Notes under the pieces: generated by a model
The model's input: only the letters and a program-made list of their open reading frames with translations
Told to the model about the DNA's origin: nothing
Database searches by the model: none
NCBI RefSeq assembly: GCF_004765795.1
Contig: NZ_SBIV01000002.1
Span: 124,001-188,000, forward strand
Direction: 5' to 3'
DNA from: Halorussus marinus
GTDB taxonomy: Archaea; Halobacteriota; Halobacteria; Halobacteriales; Haladaptataceae
Length of the DNA: 64,000 bases
Shown here: piece after piece, positions 47,301 to 55,680 of the stretch
How positions within the stretch are numbered: the stretch's first letter is position 1
Layout: each line of letters starts with the position of its first letter
Translations under genes and position numbers: made by a program

Positions 47301-48173
47301 TCAGTCCGAACCCGGCGCCGTCGTGGGCGTTTCGGCCGTCGCGTTGGTCGACCTGAGCGCGGGCGCGACCCACTTCGGGCGCTCGACCGATCGCTCGTCG
47401 AGGTCGGCGAGTTCGAACTCGTAGTGGACCCGGGTGGTCGGTTCCTCGCCCTCGTAGCCCGCCGTCAGCGAGAGTTCGTGGACCCGGCCCTCGCGGTCGA
47501 CGACCGCGGTCGCGTCGAGGTCGGTGACGTTGGCCGCGCCGGCGGGCTCGGTCGCCCGGAGGACCGCGACCTCCCGGCCGTCGCGCTCCTCGATCCGGTC
47601 GATGTCGTAGTCGCCGGCCGCCAGCGCGAGTTCGACGAGCCACGCGTTGGTGACCTGCGAGTCGAGGTCGGCCCGCGGCAGGTGGGCCCACGACTCGTCG
47701 GGGACGCCGATCCCCTCGCCCGAGCGGTTGTACGCCCGGACCCGCGTCCAGTCCTCGCGATCGTACCGGACGACGCTCGCGGTGTGGTTCGCCCAGATGT
47801 CGGTGGCGACCGCCGTCGTCTCGTCGCCGAGGTCGCGCTCGCTCGTGGAGTTGACGACCAGCGGCGCCAGCCCGGTCTCGACCCGCCCGCGCTGGACGGT
47901 CCGCTGGCTCGCGGGCCCGACCGTGACGTTCGCGCGGAACGCGAACGCGAACCCGGTCTCGTTGAGCGCGGCCCGGTGGGCCGCCACCAGCGCGGCGGCG
48001 TCCGCGACGCCCGACTCGTTCAGTCCGGGTGCGAACGTCGCGTTCGCGCCCTCGTCGGTCACCGGCGGGGCGTCGGTCGTCGTCTCGGTCGCCGTGGGCG
48101 CGACCGTCCCGCCCGAACAGCCGGCCAGAAGCGTCGCCGCCGCCAGAACCAGCGCGGCCGTCGATGCACGCAT
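47301..48173 (-). CDS. Secreted lipoprotein (DUF7537-like)
   Basis: LLAGC lipobox; ALVAAHRAAL motif; many N-X-S/T sequons. Confidence 0.8.
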   Translation of the reverse strand: MRASTAALVLAAATLLAGCSGGTVAPTATETTTDAPPVTDEGANATFAPGLNESGVADAAALVAAHRAALNETGFAFAFRANVTVGPASQRTVQRGRVETGLAPLVVNSTSERDLGDETTAVATDIWANHTASVVRYDREDWTRVRAYNRSGEGIGVPDESWAHLPRADLDSQVTNAWLVELALAAGDYDIDRIEERDGREVAVLRATEPAGAANVTDLDATAVVDREGRVHELSLTAGYEGEEPTTRVHYEFELADLDERSVERPKWVAPALRSTNATAETPTTAPGSD

Positions 48174-48267
48174 TTCCGGGACGTGGGCGCTCGTGCCTGT
48201 TAAACCGGCTCGATTGTACCGGCTCGTTTACTCGCGTAGCCGGTGCTTTAGAACGGCTAAGTCGCGG

Positions 48268-49434
48268 TTACCCGGCCGGCGTTTCGGTCTCGGACGCCGT
48301 CTCGAAGCCGAAGCTCGCGTTGACGAGCGGAGTCCCGGTCGGTCCCGCGACCACGAAACGGTACTCGCCGTCGAGCCGGTCGGCCTCGCCCTCGGCCGGC
48401 GGTTCGTCGCCGATCACGGGATCGGCGCCGTCGGCGGGGAAGTAGACGTACGCCGCCTCGCCGGGTGCGAGCGATCGGTTCAGTTCGAGCGTGACGTTCC
48501 TCGCCCCGCGACGGACGCGAACCGTCGACTCGGGCGCGAGCGTCTCGCCGCCCTCGTTCGAGACGACGAAGTGGTCGTCCGCGGAGTCGACGTCGATATC
48601 GGCGGCGACGGTCGCCAGCGCGCGGTCGGCCCACGCCGGGTACTCGACGACGACCCCGCCGAGCGTTTCGAGCGTGAACTCGTATCGGAAGCCGGTCCGG
48701 TCGGTTTCGACGGTCACGTCGAGCCGGTGGATTCGCCCGCGCTCGTCGGCGACGACCGTCGCATCGTACGTCGAGACGTTCCCGAACGCGGTCGAACTCC
48801 GGTTGGGCGCGGTCGCGCGGAGCGTGGTCAGCGTGGATCCGTCGGTCGACCCGACGTCTGCGACCTCGAACTCGCCGGCCCGGAGCGCGGTCTCGACGAG
48901 TCGCGCCAGCGAGGCCTGCTCGGTCACGTCGAACGCCGTCGAGCCGACGACCGGCTCGCCGTCGGGCGACAGCGACGCGTTGGATTTGTCGTACACCGTC
49001 CGGTTCCGGGTGCGGTACTCGTAGAGGGCGACCGACTCGTTCGCCCAGATGTCCGATCGGATCCGCCGGGTACCGTCGTCAGACTGGACGTCGGTGACCG
49101 ACCGGAGCCGGATCGGGGCGTGGTTCGTCCCGACCGCGGCGCGGGCGGTCCCCTGCTGGTCGAACGAGCCGTCGGCCGACCCCGCGGTCCGGACCCGGTA
49201 GGTGTAGCCCGTCTCGGCGAGCGCCGCCCGGTGGGCCGCCACCAGCGCGCTCGCGTTCGAGACGCCGTCGGGGCTCACTCCCGGCGGGAGGTCGGCGCTC
49301 GACGCGTCGGACCGGGCCGTCGTTTCGGTCGGCTCGCCCTCCGCGGCGGTCGTCGCCGTCTGGGCCGCGCTCCCCGCACACCCCGCGAGGACGACGAGCG
49401 CGAGTACCGCGGCTGTCGCCAATCGTGTCGACAT
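48268..49434 (-). CDS. Secreted lipoprotein, paralog of 47301-48173 with an extra C-terminal domain
   Basis: VLAGC lipobox; LPPGVSPDGVSNASALVAAHRAAL. Confidence 0.8.
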   Translation of the reverse strand: MSTRLATAAVLALVVLAGCAGSAAQTATTAAEGEPTETTARSDASSADLPPGVSPDGVSNASALVAAHRAALAETGYTYRVRTAGSADGSFDQQGTARAAVGTNHAPIRLRSVTDVQSDDGTRRIRSDIWANESVALYEYRTRNRTVYDKSNASLSPDGEPVVGSTAFDVTEQASLARLVETALRAGEFEVADVGSTDGSTLTTLRATAPNRSSTAFGNVSTYDATVVADERGRIHRLDVTVETDRTGFRYEFTLETLGGVVVEYPAWADRALATVAADIDVDSADDHFVVSNEGGETLAPESTVRVRRGARNVTLELNRSLAPGEAAYVYFPADGADPVIGDEPPAEGEADRLDGEYRFVVAGPTGTPLVNASFGFETASETETPAG

Positions 49435-49528
49435 ACCGAACGGCTCCGGCGGGTGCGGAGATAAATCGACGGGACCGTCCGCGGTCCGACCCGGGAGAAA
49501 TCGAGGGTTCGACCGCGGTAAGTCGTCG

Positions 49529-51853
49529 TTAGCGCACCGAGTCGAGCACGAGCTTCTGTTCGACGCGCTTGACCTCGTGTTGGACGTCCCGGACCGCGTC
49601 GATGTTGGCCGAGATGGAGCTGACCCCTTCGTTGACGAGGTGCTGGACCATCCGGGGCTTCGAACCGGCCTGCCCGCAGATCGAGGTCGCGACGTCGTGC
49701 TCGCGGCAGGTCTCGATGGTCTGGGAGATGAGTTCGAGCACCGACGGGTGGAGCTCGTCGAACCGGTCGGCGACGTTCTCGTTGTTGCGGTCGACCGCGA
49801 GGGTGTACTGGGTGAGGTCGTTGGTCCCGAACGAGGCGAAGTCGATCCCCTGTTCGGCCATCGCCTCGATGCCGAGGGCCGAGGCGGGCGTCTCGATCAT
49901 CACGCCCCACGTCCGCTTGTCGGGGTCGATGCCCGCGTCCGCCATGAGGTTCCGGGCCCGAAGCACGTCCTCGGCGTCGTTGACCAGCGGGAACATGATC
50001 TCGACGTTGTCGTACCCCATCTCGTAGAGGCGGGCGAACGCCTCGAGCTCGTGGGCGAACACGTCGGGCCGGTCGAGGCTCCGTCGAATCCCCCGGTAGC
50101 CGAGCATGGGGTTGTGCTCGTCGGGCTCGTCCTCCCCGCCCTCGAGCTGGCGGAACTCGTCGGTCGGGGCGTCGAGGGTCCGCACCCGGACCGGCCGGGG
50201 GTAAAACTCCTCGGCGACGCCCCGGATGCCGTCGACGATCTCGGTGACGTAGGCGTCGACCCCGTGGTCGTCGAGGTACTTCGCGGGCGTCTTGTTGGTC
50301 GAGAGGATCATGTGCTCCATTCGGAGGAGCCCGACTCCGTCGGCGCCGGTCGCCGCCGCGCGCTCGGCGGCCTCCGGGATCGAGACGTTGACCTTGACCT
50401 CGGTGGCCGTCATCGGCTTGACCGGGGTCTTCGGGCGGGCGTCCTCGATCGGCTCGCGCTCCTCGTCGGTCTCCTGACGGCCCCGGACGACGGTTCCCTT
50501 GTCGCCGTCGATGGTGATGAGCTGGTCGTCTTCGAGCGCGGCGGTGGCGTCGCCCGACCCCACGACCGCGGGACAGCCAAGCTCCCGGGAGACGATGGCG
50601 GCGTGGCTGGTCATGCCGCCCTCGTCGGTGACGATGCCGGCCGCCCGCTTCATCGCGGGCACCATGTCGGGGGTCGTCATCTCGGTGACGATGACGTCGC
50701 CCTCCGCGACCTTGTCGAGCTGGTCGAGCTTCGTGACGATGCGGACCGGGCCGCTCGCGATGCCGGGGCTCGCGCCCAGCCCGGAGACGAGTACGTCGTC
50801 GCCGCTCGACTCGGCGCTGGCGTTCGCGCCCGCGGCCGACTCGACCGCGCCGCTCCCGTCGGCGATCCCCTCGGCGCTCCCGGCGCCGGCGTCTGTCTCG
50901 ATCTCGCTCTCGTCGTCGATCGTCGTGATCGGACGCGACTGGAGCATGAAAACCTCGCCGTCGACGACCGCCCACTCGACGTCCTGCGGGCCGCCGTAGT
51001 GGTCCTCGACGCGCTCGCCCAGTTCGACGAGCCGCGCGATGTCCGACTCGTCGAGGACCTGCGACTCGCGCAGGTCGTCGTCGACGGCGCGCTCGACGGT
51101 CTCGCCCGTCTCGTCGTCTTTCTCCATCATCGTCTTCTTGTCGGCGACGGTCACGTCGACGGTCTCGCCCGTCTCGCGGTCGACGACGTAGTTGTCGGGC
51201 GAGACCGATCCCGAGACGACCGCCTCACCGAGCCCCCACGCGGCCTCGATGATGAGCTTTGGCTCCCCGGTCGAGGGGTGGCTGGTGAACATCACGCCCG
51301 ACTTCTCGGCGTCGACCATCCGCTGGACCACGACAGCGATGTCGACTTTCGAGTGGTCGAACCCCTGCTCTTGGCGGTAGTAGATGGCCCGCTGGGTGAA
51401 AAGCGACGCCCAGCACTGCTTGACCCGGTCGACGAGGTCCTCGCGAGTGATGTTGAGGAAGGTCTCCTGCTGGCCCGCGAACGACGCGTCGGGCAGATCC
51501 TCGGCGGTCGCGGACGACCGGACCGCGACGAACGGATCGTCACCGAGGTCGTCGTAGGCGGCGAGCATCTCCTCGCGCATCCCCTCGGGGAACTCGGTGT
51601 CCAGAATGAGTTGTTCGGCCCGCGACTGGGCCTCGGCGAGCGCGGCGGAGTCCTCGGTGTCGACATCGACGGCCTCGAAGAGTTCCTCCTCGATGCCGGT
51701 CTCCTCCAGGAACCGGCGGTAGGTGCCAGCGGCGACGACGAACCCCGACGGGACGGGCAGGCCCGCGCCGGTGAGTTCCCCCAGCGACGCGCCCTTCCCG
51801 CCCACCGATTCGAGGTCGTCCGCAGTGACTTCGTCCAGCCAGAGTACAGCCAT
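49529..51853 (-). CDS. ppsA: Phosphoenolpyruvate synthase (pyruvate,water dikinase)
   Basis: VGGKGASLGE, AVRSSATAEDL, GGMTSHAAI phospho-His, SFGTNDLTQ. Confidence 0.95.
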   Translation of the reverse strand: MAVLWLDEVTADDLESVGGKGASLGELTGAGLPVPSGFVVAAGTYRRFLEETGIEEELFEAVDVDTEDSAALAEAQSRAEQLILDTEFPEGMREEMLAAYDDLGDDPFVAVRSSATAEDLPDASFAGQQETFLNITREDLVDRVKQCWASLFTQRAIYYRQEQGFDHSKVDIAVVVQRMVDAEKSGVMFTSHPSTGEPKLIIEAAWGLGEAVVSGSVSPDNYVVDRETGETVDVTVADKKTMMEKDDETGETVERAVDDDLRESQVLDESDIARLVELGERVEDHYGGPQDVEWAVVDGEVFMLQSRPITTIDDESEIETDAGAGSAEGIADGSGAVESAAGANASAESSGDDVLVSGLGASPGIASGPVRIVTKLDQLDKVAEGDVIVTEMTTPDMVPAMKRAAGIVTDEGGMTSHAAIVSRELGCPAVVGSGDATAALEDDQLITIDGDKGTVVRGRQETDEEREPIEDARPKTPVKPMTATEVKVNVSIPEAAERAAATGADGVGLLRMEHMILSTNKTPAKYLDDHGVDAYVTEIVDGIRGVAEEFYPRPVRVRTLDAPTDEFRQLEGGEDEPDEHNPMLGYRGIRRSLDRPDVFAHELEAFARLYEMGYDNVEIMFPLVNDAEDVLRARNLMADAGIDPDKRTWGVMIETPASALGIEAMAEQGIDFASFGTNDLTQYTLAVDRNNENVADRFDELHPSVLELISQTIETCREHDVATSICGQAGSKPRMVQHLVNEGVSSISANIDAVRDVQHEVKRVEQKLVLDSVR

Positions 51854-51919
51854 TGTGTCCGTGTAGTCGAACACGAAGGCGAATAAAGAATGTTCCGACC
51901 GTGTCGTCGCGGTAATATT

Positions 51920-51935
51920 TACTCGAAATCGGATA
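51920..51935. promoter_or_regulatory. TrmB-like site upstream of the ppsA TATA
   Basis: TACTCGAAATCGGATA, a partial match to TACTC-N6-GAGTA, about 35 nt upstream of TTTATT on the minus strand. Confidence 0.45.
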
Positions 51936-52052
51936 CCGATACGGATTCGGAAATCGGACGACGGAGCCGCCCTCCCGGTCGGACGCGCGGTCGTGTTATT
52001 CGGCCGATACGAAACGCGTGGGTTTTATGTTCCGGGGTTCGTGGCATCGCTC

Positions 52053-52481
52053 ATGGACGCGAAACGCTCGATTCGGTGGGCGCTCACCTACGTCGCGCTC
52101 TCGGCGGTCGCCGCCGTCCTCGGTGGCGGCCTCGTCGCCGCGGGCGCCGTGCTCGGACTCGGGACCGCCTACGAACAGCTCGCCGGCGGCGCCGCGCTCG
52201 GGTCGGTCGCCGCCACCGCCGCGCCCGGCCTCGCGCTCGCGGCGCTCGGCGCGGTCGTGTGGGCGGTCGGGTCGGTCGCCGCCTTCCTCAAGGTGTTCAC
52301 CGAGGCGGTCGACGAACAGATGCGCGAGCGCTTCGACAGCGAGAAGGTCAAAAGCGAGATCCTGAGCGTGCTCGACGACCGGCTCACGGACGTCGAACGC
52401 GACACCGAGGAGACTCGCCGGAAGGTCGCCGAACTCAAGCGCGAGGAGACCGCAAGCGAGTTCGAGTTCGGCGAGCAGTGA
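52053..52481 (+). CDS. Hypothetical membrane protein with C-terminal coiled coil
   Basis: Two hydrophobic helices then an acidic heptad tail. Confidence 0.75.
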   Translation: MDAKRSIRWALTYVALSAVAAVLGGGLVAAGAVLGLGTAYEQLAGGAALGSVAATAAPGLALAALGAVVWAVGSVAAFLKVFTEAVDEQMRERFDSEKVKSEILSVLDDRLTDVERDTEETRRKVAELKREETASEFEFGEQ

Positions 52482-52491
52482 GGCCGCCGGC

Positions 52492-53193
52492 CTAGAACAC
52501 GTCGACGTCGACGCCGCCGTCGCCGTCGTCCGGAACCCCGCCGACGATAGCCTCGGTGAACGTGTCGAGCCCGCGGGTCTGGTACCACACCGTTCCCGGG
52601 CCGGTGAACTCCATCACGATCCCCTCCCCGCTCAGGAACGTCGACTTGAGGTCGCCGACCCGACGGGCGTCGAACTCGACGCCGCTCTCCCACGCGAGGA
52701 CGTGTTCGTTGTCGACGACGTACGACTCGCCGTGGTCGAGTTCGACGGTCTCGATGCCGCCGAACGCCTCGATGAACACGTCGCCGGTCCCTCTGAGCGC
52801 CAGCGGCGTGATGCTCGCGCCCGCCAGCATCGACTTGAGGCCGCCGAACTCCGAGTCGATGTCGAGGTCCGGGTTCGACGCGAGATACGCGCCGTCGACC
52901 GCATAGAGGGTCTCGTCGTTCAGCTCGTGGTGGTAGATGTCGCCCGGGGTGGGCGGTGAGAGGGTCACGGTGCCGGCCTCGCCCTCGGCGGTGAACTCGT
53001 TGGCGAACATCGACTCGCCGCCGAGCATCGACTTGGCGGAGCTGAGGAGGCCGTCCCGGGTCGAGGTTGTCTCGACTGACACCGACGGCGAGTGGCTGAC
53101 CATCGCGCCGGGTTCGGCGAGGACCGTCTCGCCTGCGCGGAGGTCGGCGACCAGATGAGCGTACGACGGGCGGTGGGTGAGTTCGAATTCCAT
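52492..53193 (-). CDS. TIGR00266/AIM24-family protein
   Basis: AEPGAMVS, GGESMF.N.F, VVDNEHVLAW, SGEG...FTGPG.VWYQTR. Confidence 0.9.
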   Translation of the reverse strand: MEFELTHRPSYAHLVADLRAGETVLAEPGAMVSHSPSVSVETTSTRDGLLSSAKSMLGGESMFANEFTAEGEAGTVTLSPPTPGDIYHHELNDETLYAVDGAYLASNPDLDIDSEFGGLKSMLAGASITPLALRGTGDVFIEAFGGIETVELDHGESYVVDNEHVLAWESGVEFDARRVGDLKSTFLSGEGIVMEFTGPGTVWYQTRGLDTFTEAIVGGVPDDGDGGVDVDVF

Positions 53194-53276
53194 GGGAATT
53201 ACCGGACGAGGAGTCTCGTCCGCGCGAAGCTATTCGTGATATCGTGTTAACGTTTTCCCACCGGAGCGCCGACGGA

Positions 53277-53471
53277 TCAGACCGCGAGCAGAACGAGCCG
53301 ACCGAACAGCGCGAGCATGGTGAGAGCGCCGAGCGCGACGAAAAAGGCGTTCTCCGCCGACGGCGACCCCGGGTGAACCGAGAGATCGAAGTCCTCGATC
53401 TCGGCCTCGGCTTCGGCGTCCTCGCCGACGTCGTCGAGTTCGTACTTCCACTCCGAGTCGGAGTCCGGCAT
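53277..53471 (-). CDS. Small membrane protein, conserved downstream of pyk
   Basis: WKYELDDVGE...PGSPSAENAFFVALG motif with a C-terminal TM helix. Confidence 0.7.
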   Translation of the reverse strand: MPDSDSEWKYELDDVGEDAEAEAEIEDFDLSVHPGSPSAENAFFVALGALTMLALFGRLVLLAV

Positions 53472-53525
53472 ACGACCCGATACGGCACCCACCGTCAAAG
53501 CCTTGGCGACCTCCTCACGCCCCGC

Positions 53526-55274
53526 TCACGGTCGGTCGACGAGGCTGATGTCGCCCTCGTAGACCACGCCCCGCTCGGCGTCGAGGGTCACGACGTCGCC
53601 GTCCCGGATCGCGGGGTCGAGGGGCGCGCCGCTGATCATCGGAACGTCGAGTTCGCGAGCCACCATCGCGGGGTAGCCCGTCATGCCCGGCCGGGCGTCC
53701 ACGATGCCGACCAGCTTCGCGGGATCGCCGGCGAACTCCCCGTCGAAGCCGGGTTCGAGCGCGAGCAACGATCCGTCGGGCGCCGCCGAGAGGTCCCCGT
53801 CCTCGGTCCGGAACACCGGCGCGGCGACCCGCCCGCGGACGACGCTCCGACCCGTGGCGATGGTCTCGGCCGCGACGTGGACTTTGAGCATGTTCGTGGT
53901 ACTGGTGTCTTCGAGCTGAGACATCATTCCCGAGAGCACGACCACGGTGTCGCCGCTCTCGGCGACCCCCGCGTCGAGTGCGGCCTGCACCGCGTCCTCG
54001 ATGATGTTGTCGACGCCCTCCGACATGGGCGTGTACTGGGCGTTGACCCCCCACGAGAGCGCGAGCTGGCGCCGGACCTCGTCGGTGGGCGTGCTGGCGA
54101 CGACCGGCATCGCGGGCCGGAACTTCGCCACCTTGAGCGCGGTGTACCCGGACTCGCTCGCGGCCACGATGGCCGAGGCGCCGATGTCGCGGGCGAGGAA
54201 CCGCGCCGACCGCGCCAGCGCGTCGGTCCGGGCGTCGTCGGCCGGCGGGACCCGCTGTTCGCGGCTCTCGTCGTACTCCGCGGAGTTCTCGACCTCCCGG
54301 ACGATGCGGTCCATCGTCTCGACGACCCGGACCGGGTCGTCGCCGATCGCGGTCTCGCCCGACAGCATCACCGCGTCGGTGCCGTCGAGCACGGCGTTTG
54401 CCACGTCCGAGGCCTCCGCGCGGGTCGGGCGGCGGGCGTGGACCATCGAGTCGAGCATCTCGGTCGCGGTGATGACCGGGACCCCCGCCCGCTGGCACGT
54501 CCGGATGATGCGTTTCTGGATCATCGGGACGTCTTCGAGCGGGCACTCGACACCGAGATCCCCGCGTGCGACCATCACGCCGTAGGCGGCGTCGACGATC
54601 TCGTCGAGGTTCTCGACCGCCCCGCGGCGTTCGATCTTGGCGACCACGGGGATGTCGGCGTCGTGGTCTTCGAGGTACTCGCTGACCTCGTAGACGTCGG
54701 CGGCGCTCCGGACGAAGCTCGCGGCGACGAAGTCGACGCCCTTCTCGGCGGCGAGATCGAGGTCTCGGCGGTCTTTCTCGGTCACGACGTCGAGGTCGAG
54801 TTCCACGCCGGGGACGTTGACGCCCTTCCGGCTCTGGAGCTCCCCGCCGCTGTCGACGCGGGCGTGGACGGCGTCGCCCTCGACCGATTCGACGGTGGTC
54901 TCGATCCGGCCGTCGTCGAGCAACACCGTGTCGCCGGGTTCGACGTTGGCGATGGCGTAGCTCAGTCCGACCTCCTCGGGCGTCGCGTCCTCGCCCTTCA
55001 CGAACCGGACCGTCGAGCCGGTTTCGAGGTGGACCGGCTCGTCGACGGGCGCGGTCCGAATCTCCGGCCCCTGGAGGTCGAGCATCACCGCCAGCGGGTT
55101 CTCGGTGGTCTCGTCGACCGCCCGGACGTGGTCGACGAGCTCGGCTCGGTCCTCGCGCGAGCCGTGGCTGGCGTTCAGCCGGGCCACCGTCATCCCGGCG
55201 TCCGCGAGCTCGCGAATCGTGCGCTGGGAGTCGGAGGCCGGCCCCAGCGTGCAGACGATCTTGGCGTTTCTCAT
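53526..55274 (-). CDS. pyk: Pyruvate kinase with C-terminal PEP-utiliser swivelling domain
   Basis: KIVCTLGPAS, DLQGPEIR, MVARGDLGVE, ATEMLDSM, MLSGETA. Confidence 0.96.
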   Translation of the reverse strand: MRNAKIVCTLGPASDSQRTIRELADAGMTVARLNASHGSREDRAELVDHVRAVDETTENPLAVMLDLQGPEIRTAPVDEPVHLETGSTVRFVKGEDATPEEVGLSYAIANVEPGDTVLLDDGRIETTVESVEGDAVHARVDSGGELQSRKGVNVPGVELDLDVVTEKDRRDLDLAAEKGVDFVAASFVRSAADVYEVSEYLEDHDADIPVVAKIERRGAVENLDEIVDAAYGVMVARGDLGVECPLEDVPMIQKRIIRTCQRAGVPVITATEMLDSMVHARRPTRAEASDVANAVLDGTDAVMLSGETAIGDDPVRVVETMDRIVREVENSAEYDESREQRVPPADDARTDALARSARFLARDIGASAIVAASESGYTALKVAKFRPAMPVVASTPTDEVRRQLALSWGVNAQYTPMSEGVDNIIEDAVQAALDAGVAESGDTVVVLSGMMSQLEDTSTTNMLKVHVAAETIATGRSVVRGRVAAPVFRTEDGDLSAAPDGSLLALEPGFDGEFAGDPAKLVGIVDARPGMTGYPAMVARELDVPMISGAPLDPAIRDGDVVTLDAERGVVYEGDISLVDRP

Positions 55275-55314
55275 GGCCCCCGGTAAGCCGCCTCGGACAA
55301 AAAAGCTCGTGATT

Positions 55315-55330
55315 AACTCGGGGTGTAGTA
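55315..55330. promoter_or_regulatory. TrmB-like site at the pyk/GYD divergent promoter
   Basis: Minus strand TACTACACCCCGAGTT (TACT-N7-GAGT). Confidence 0.5.
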
Positions 55331-55378
55331 GTCGATCTACCCAAACCACTTTATTGCGTTGCGAAGAATGAGACAGAT

Positions 55379-55663
55379 ATGCACACGTACGCGTCACTGG
55401 TCGACGTGAGCAAGGACGTCCAGAACCCCCAGGAACTCACGTCGGTCTGGGGCGACATCCGAAGCGATCTCGAAGATCGAGACGCGACGCTGAAAGACAC
55501 CTACGCCATCCTCGGAGAGTACGACTTCCTCGTGATCTTGAGCGCGCCCGACCGCGACGCGGCCTATCAGGCGGCGCTCGCGCTGGACCGCCACGGCCTC
55601 GACTCCCAGACGATGGAGATCATTCCCACCGACGAACTGGCACACGTCGTCGACGACGCGTAG
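55379..55663 (+). CDS. GYD-domain protein
   Basis: YAILGEYDFLVILSAPD. Confidence 0.85.
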   Translation: MHTYASLVDVSKDVQNPQELTSVWGDIRSDLEDRDATLKDTYAILGEYDFLVILSAPDRDAAYQAALALDRHGLDSQTMEIIPTDELAHVVDDA

Positions 55664-55680
55664 CCCGACGGGCCCGAACG

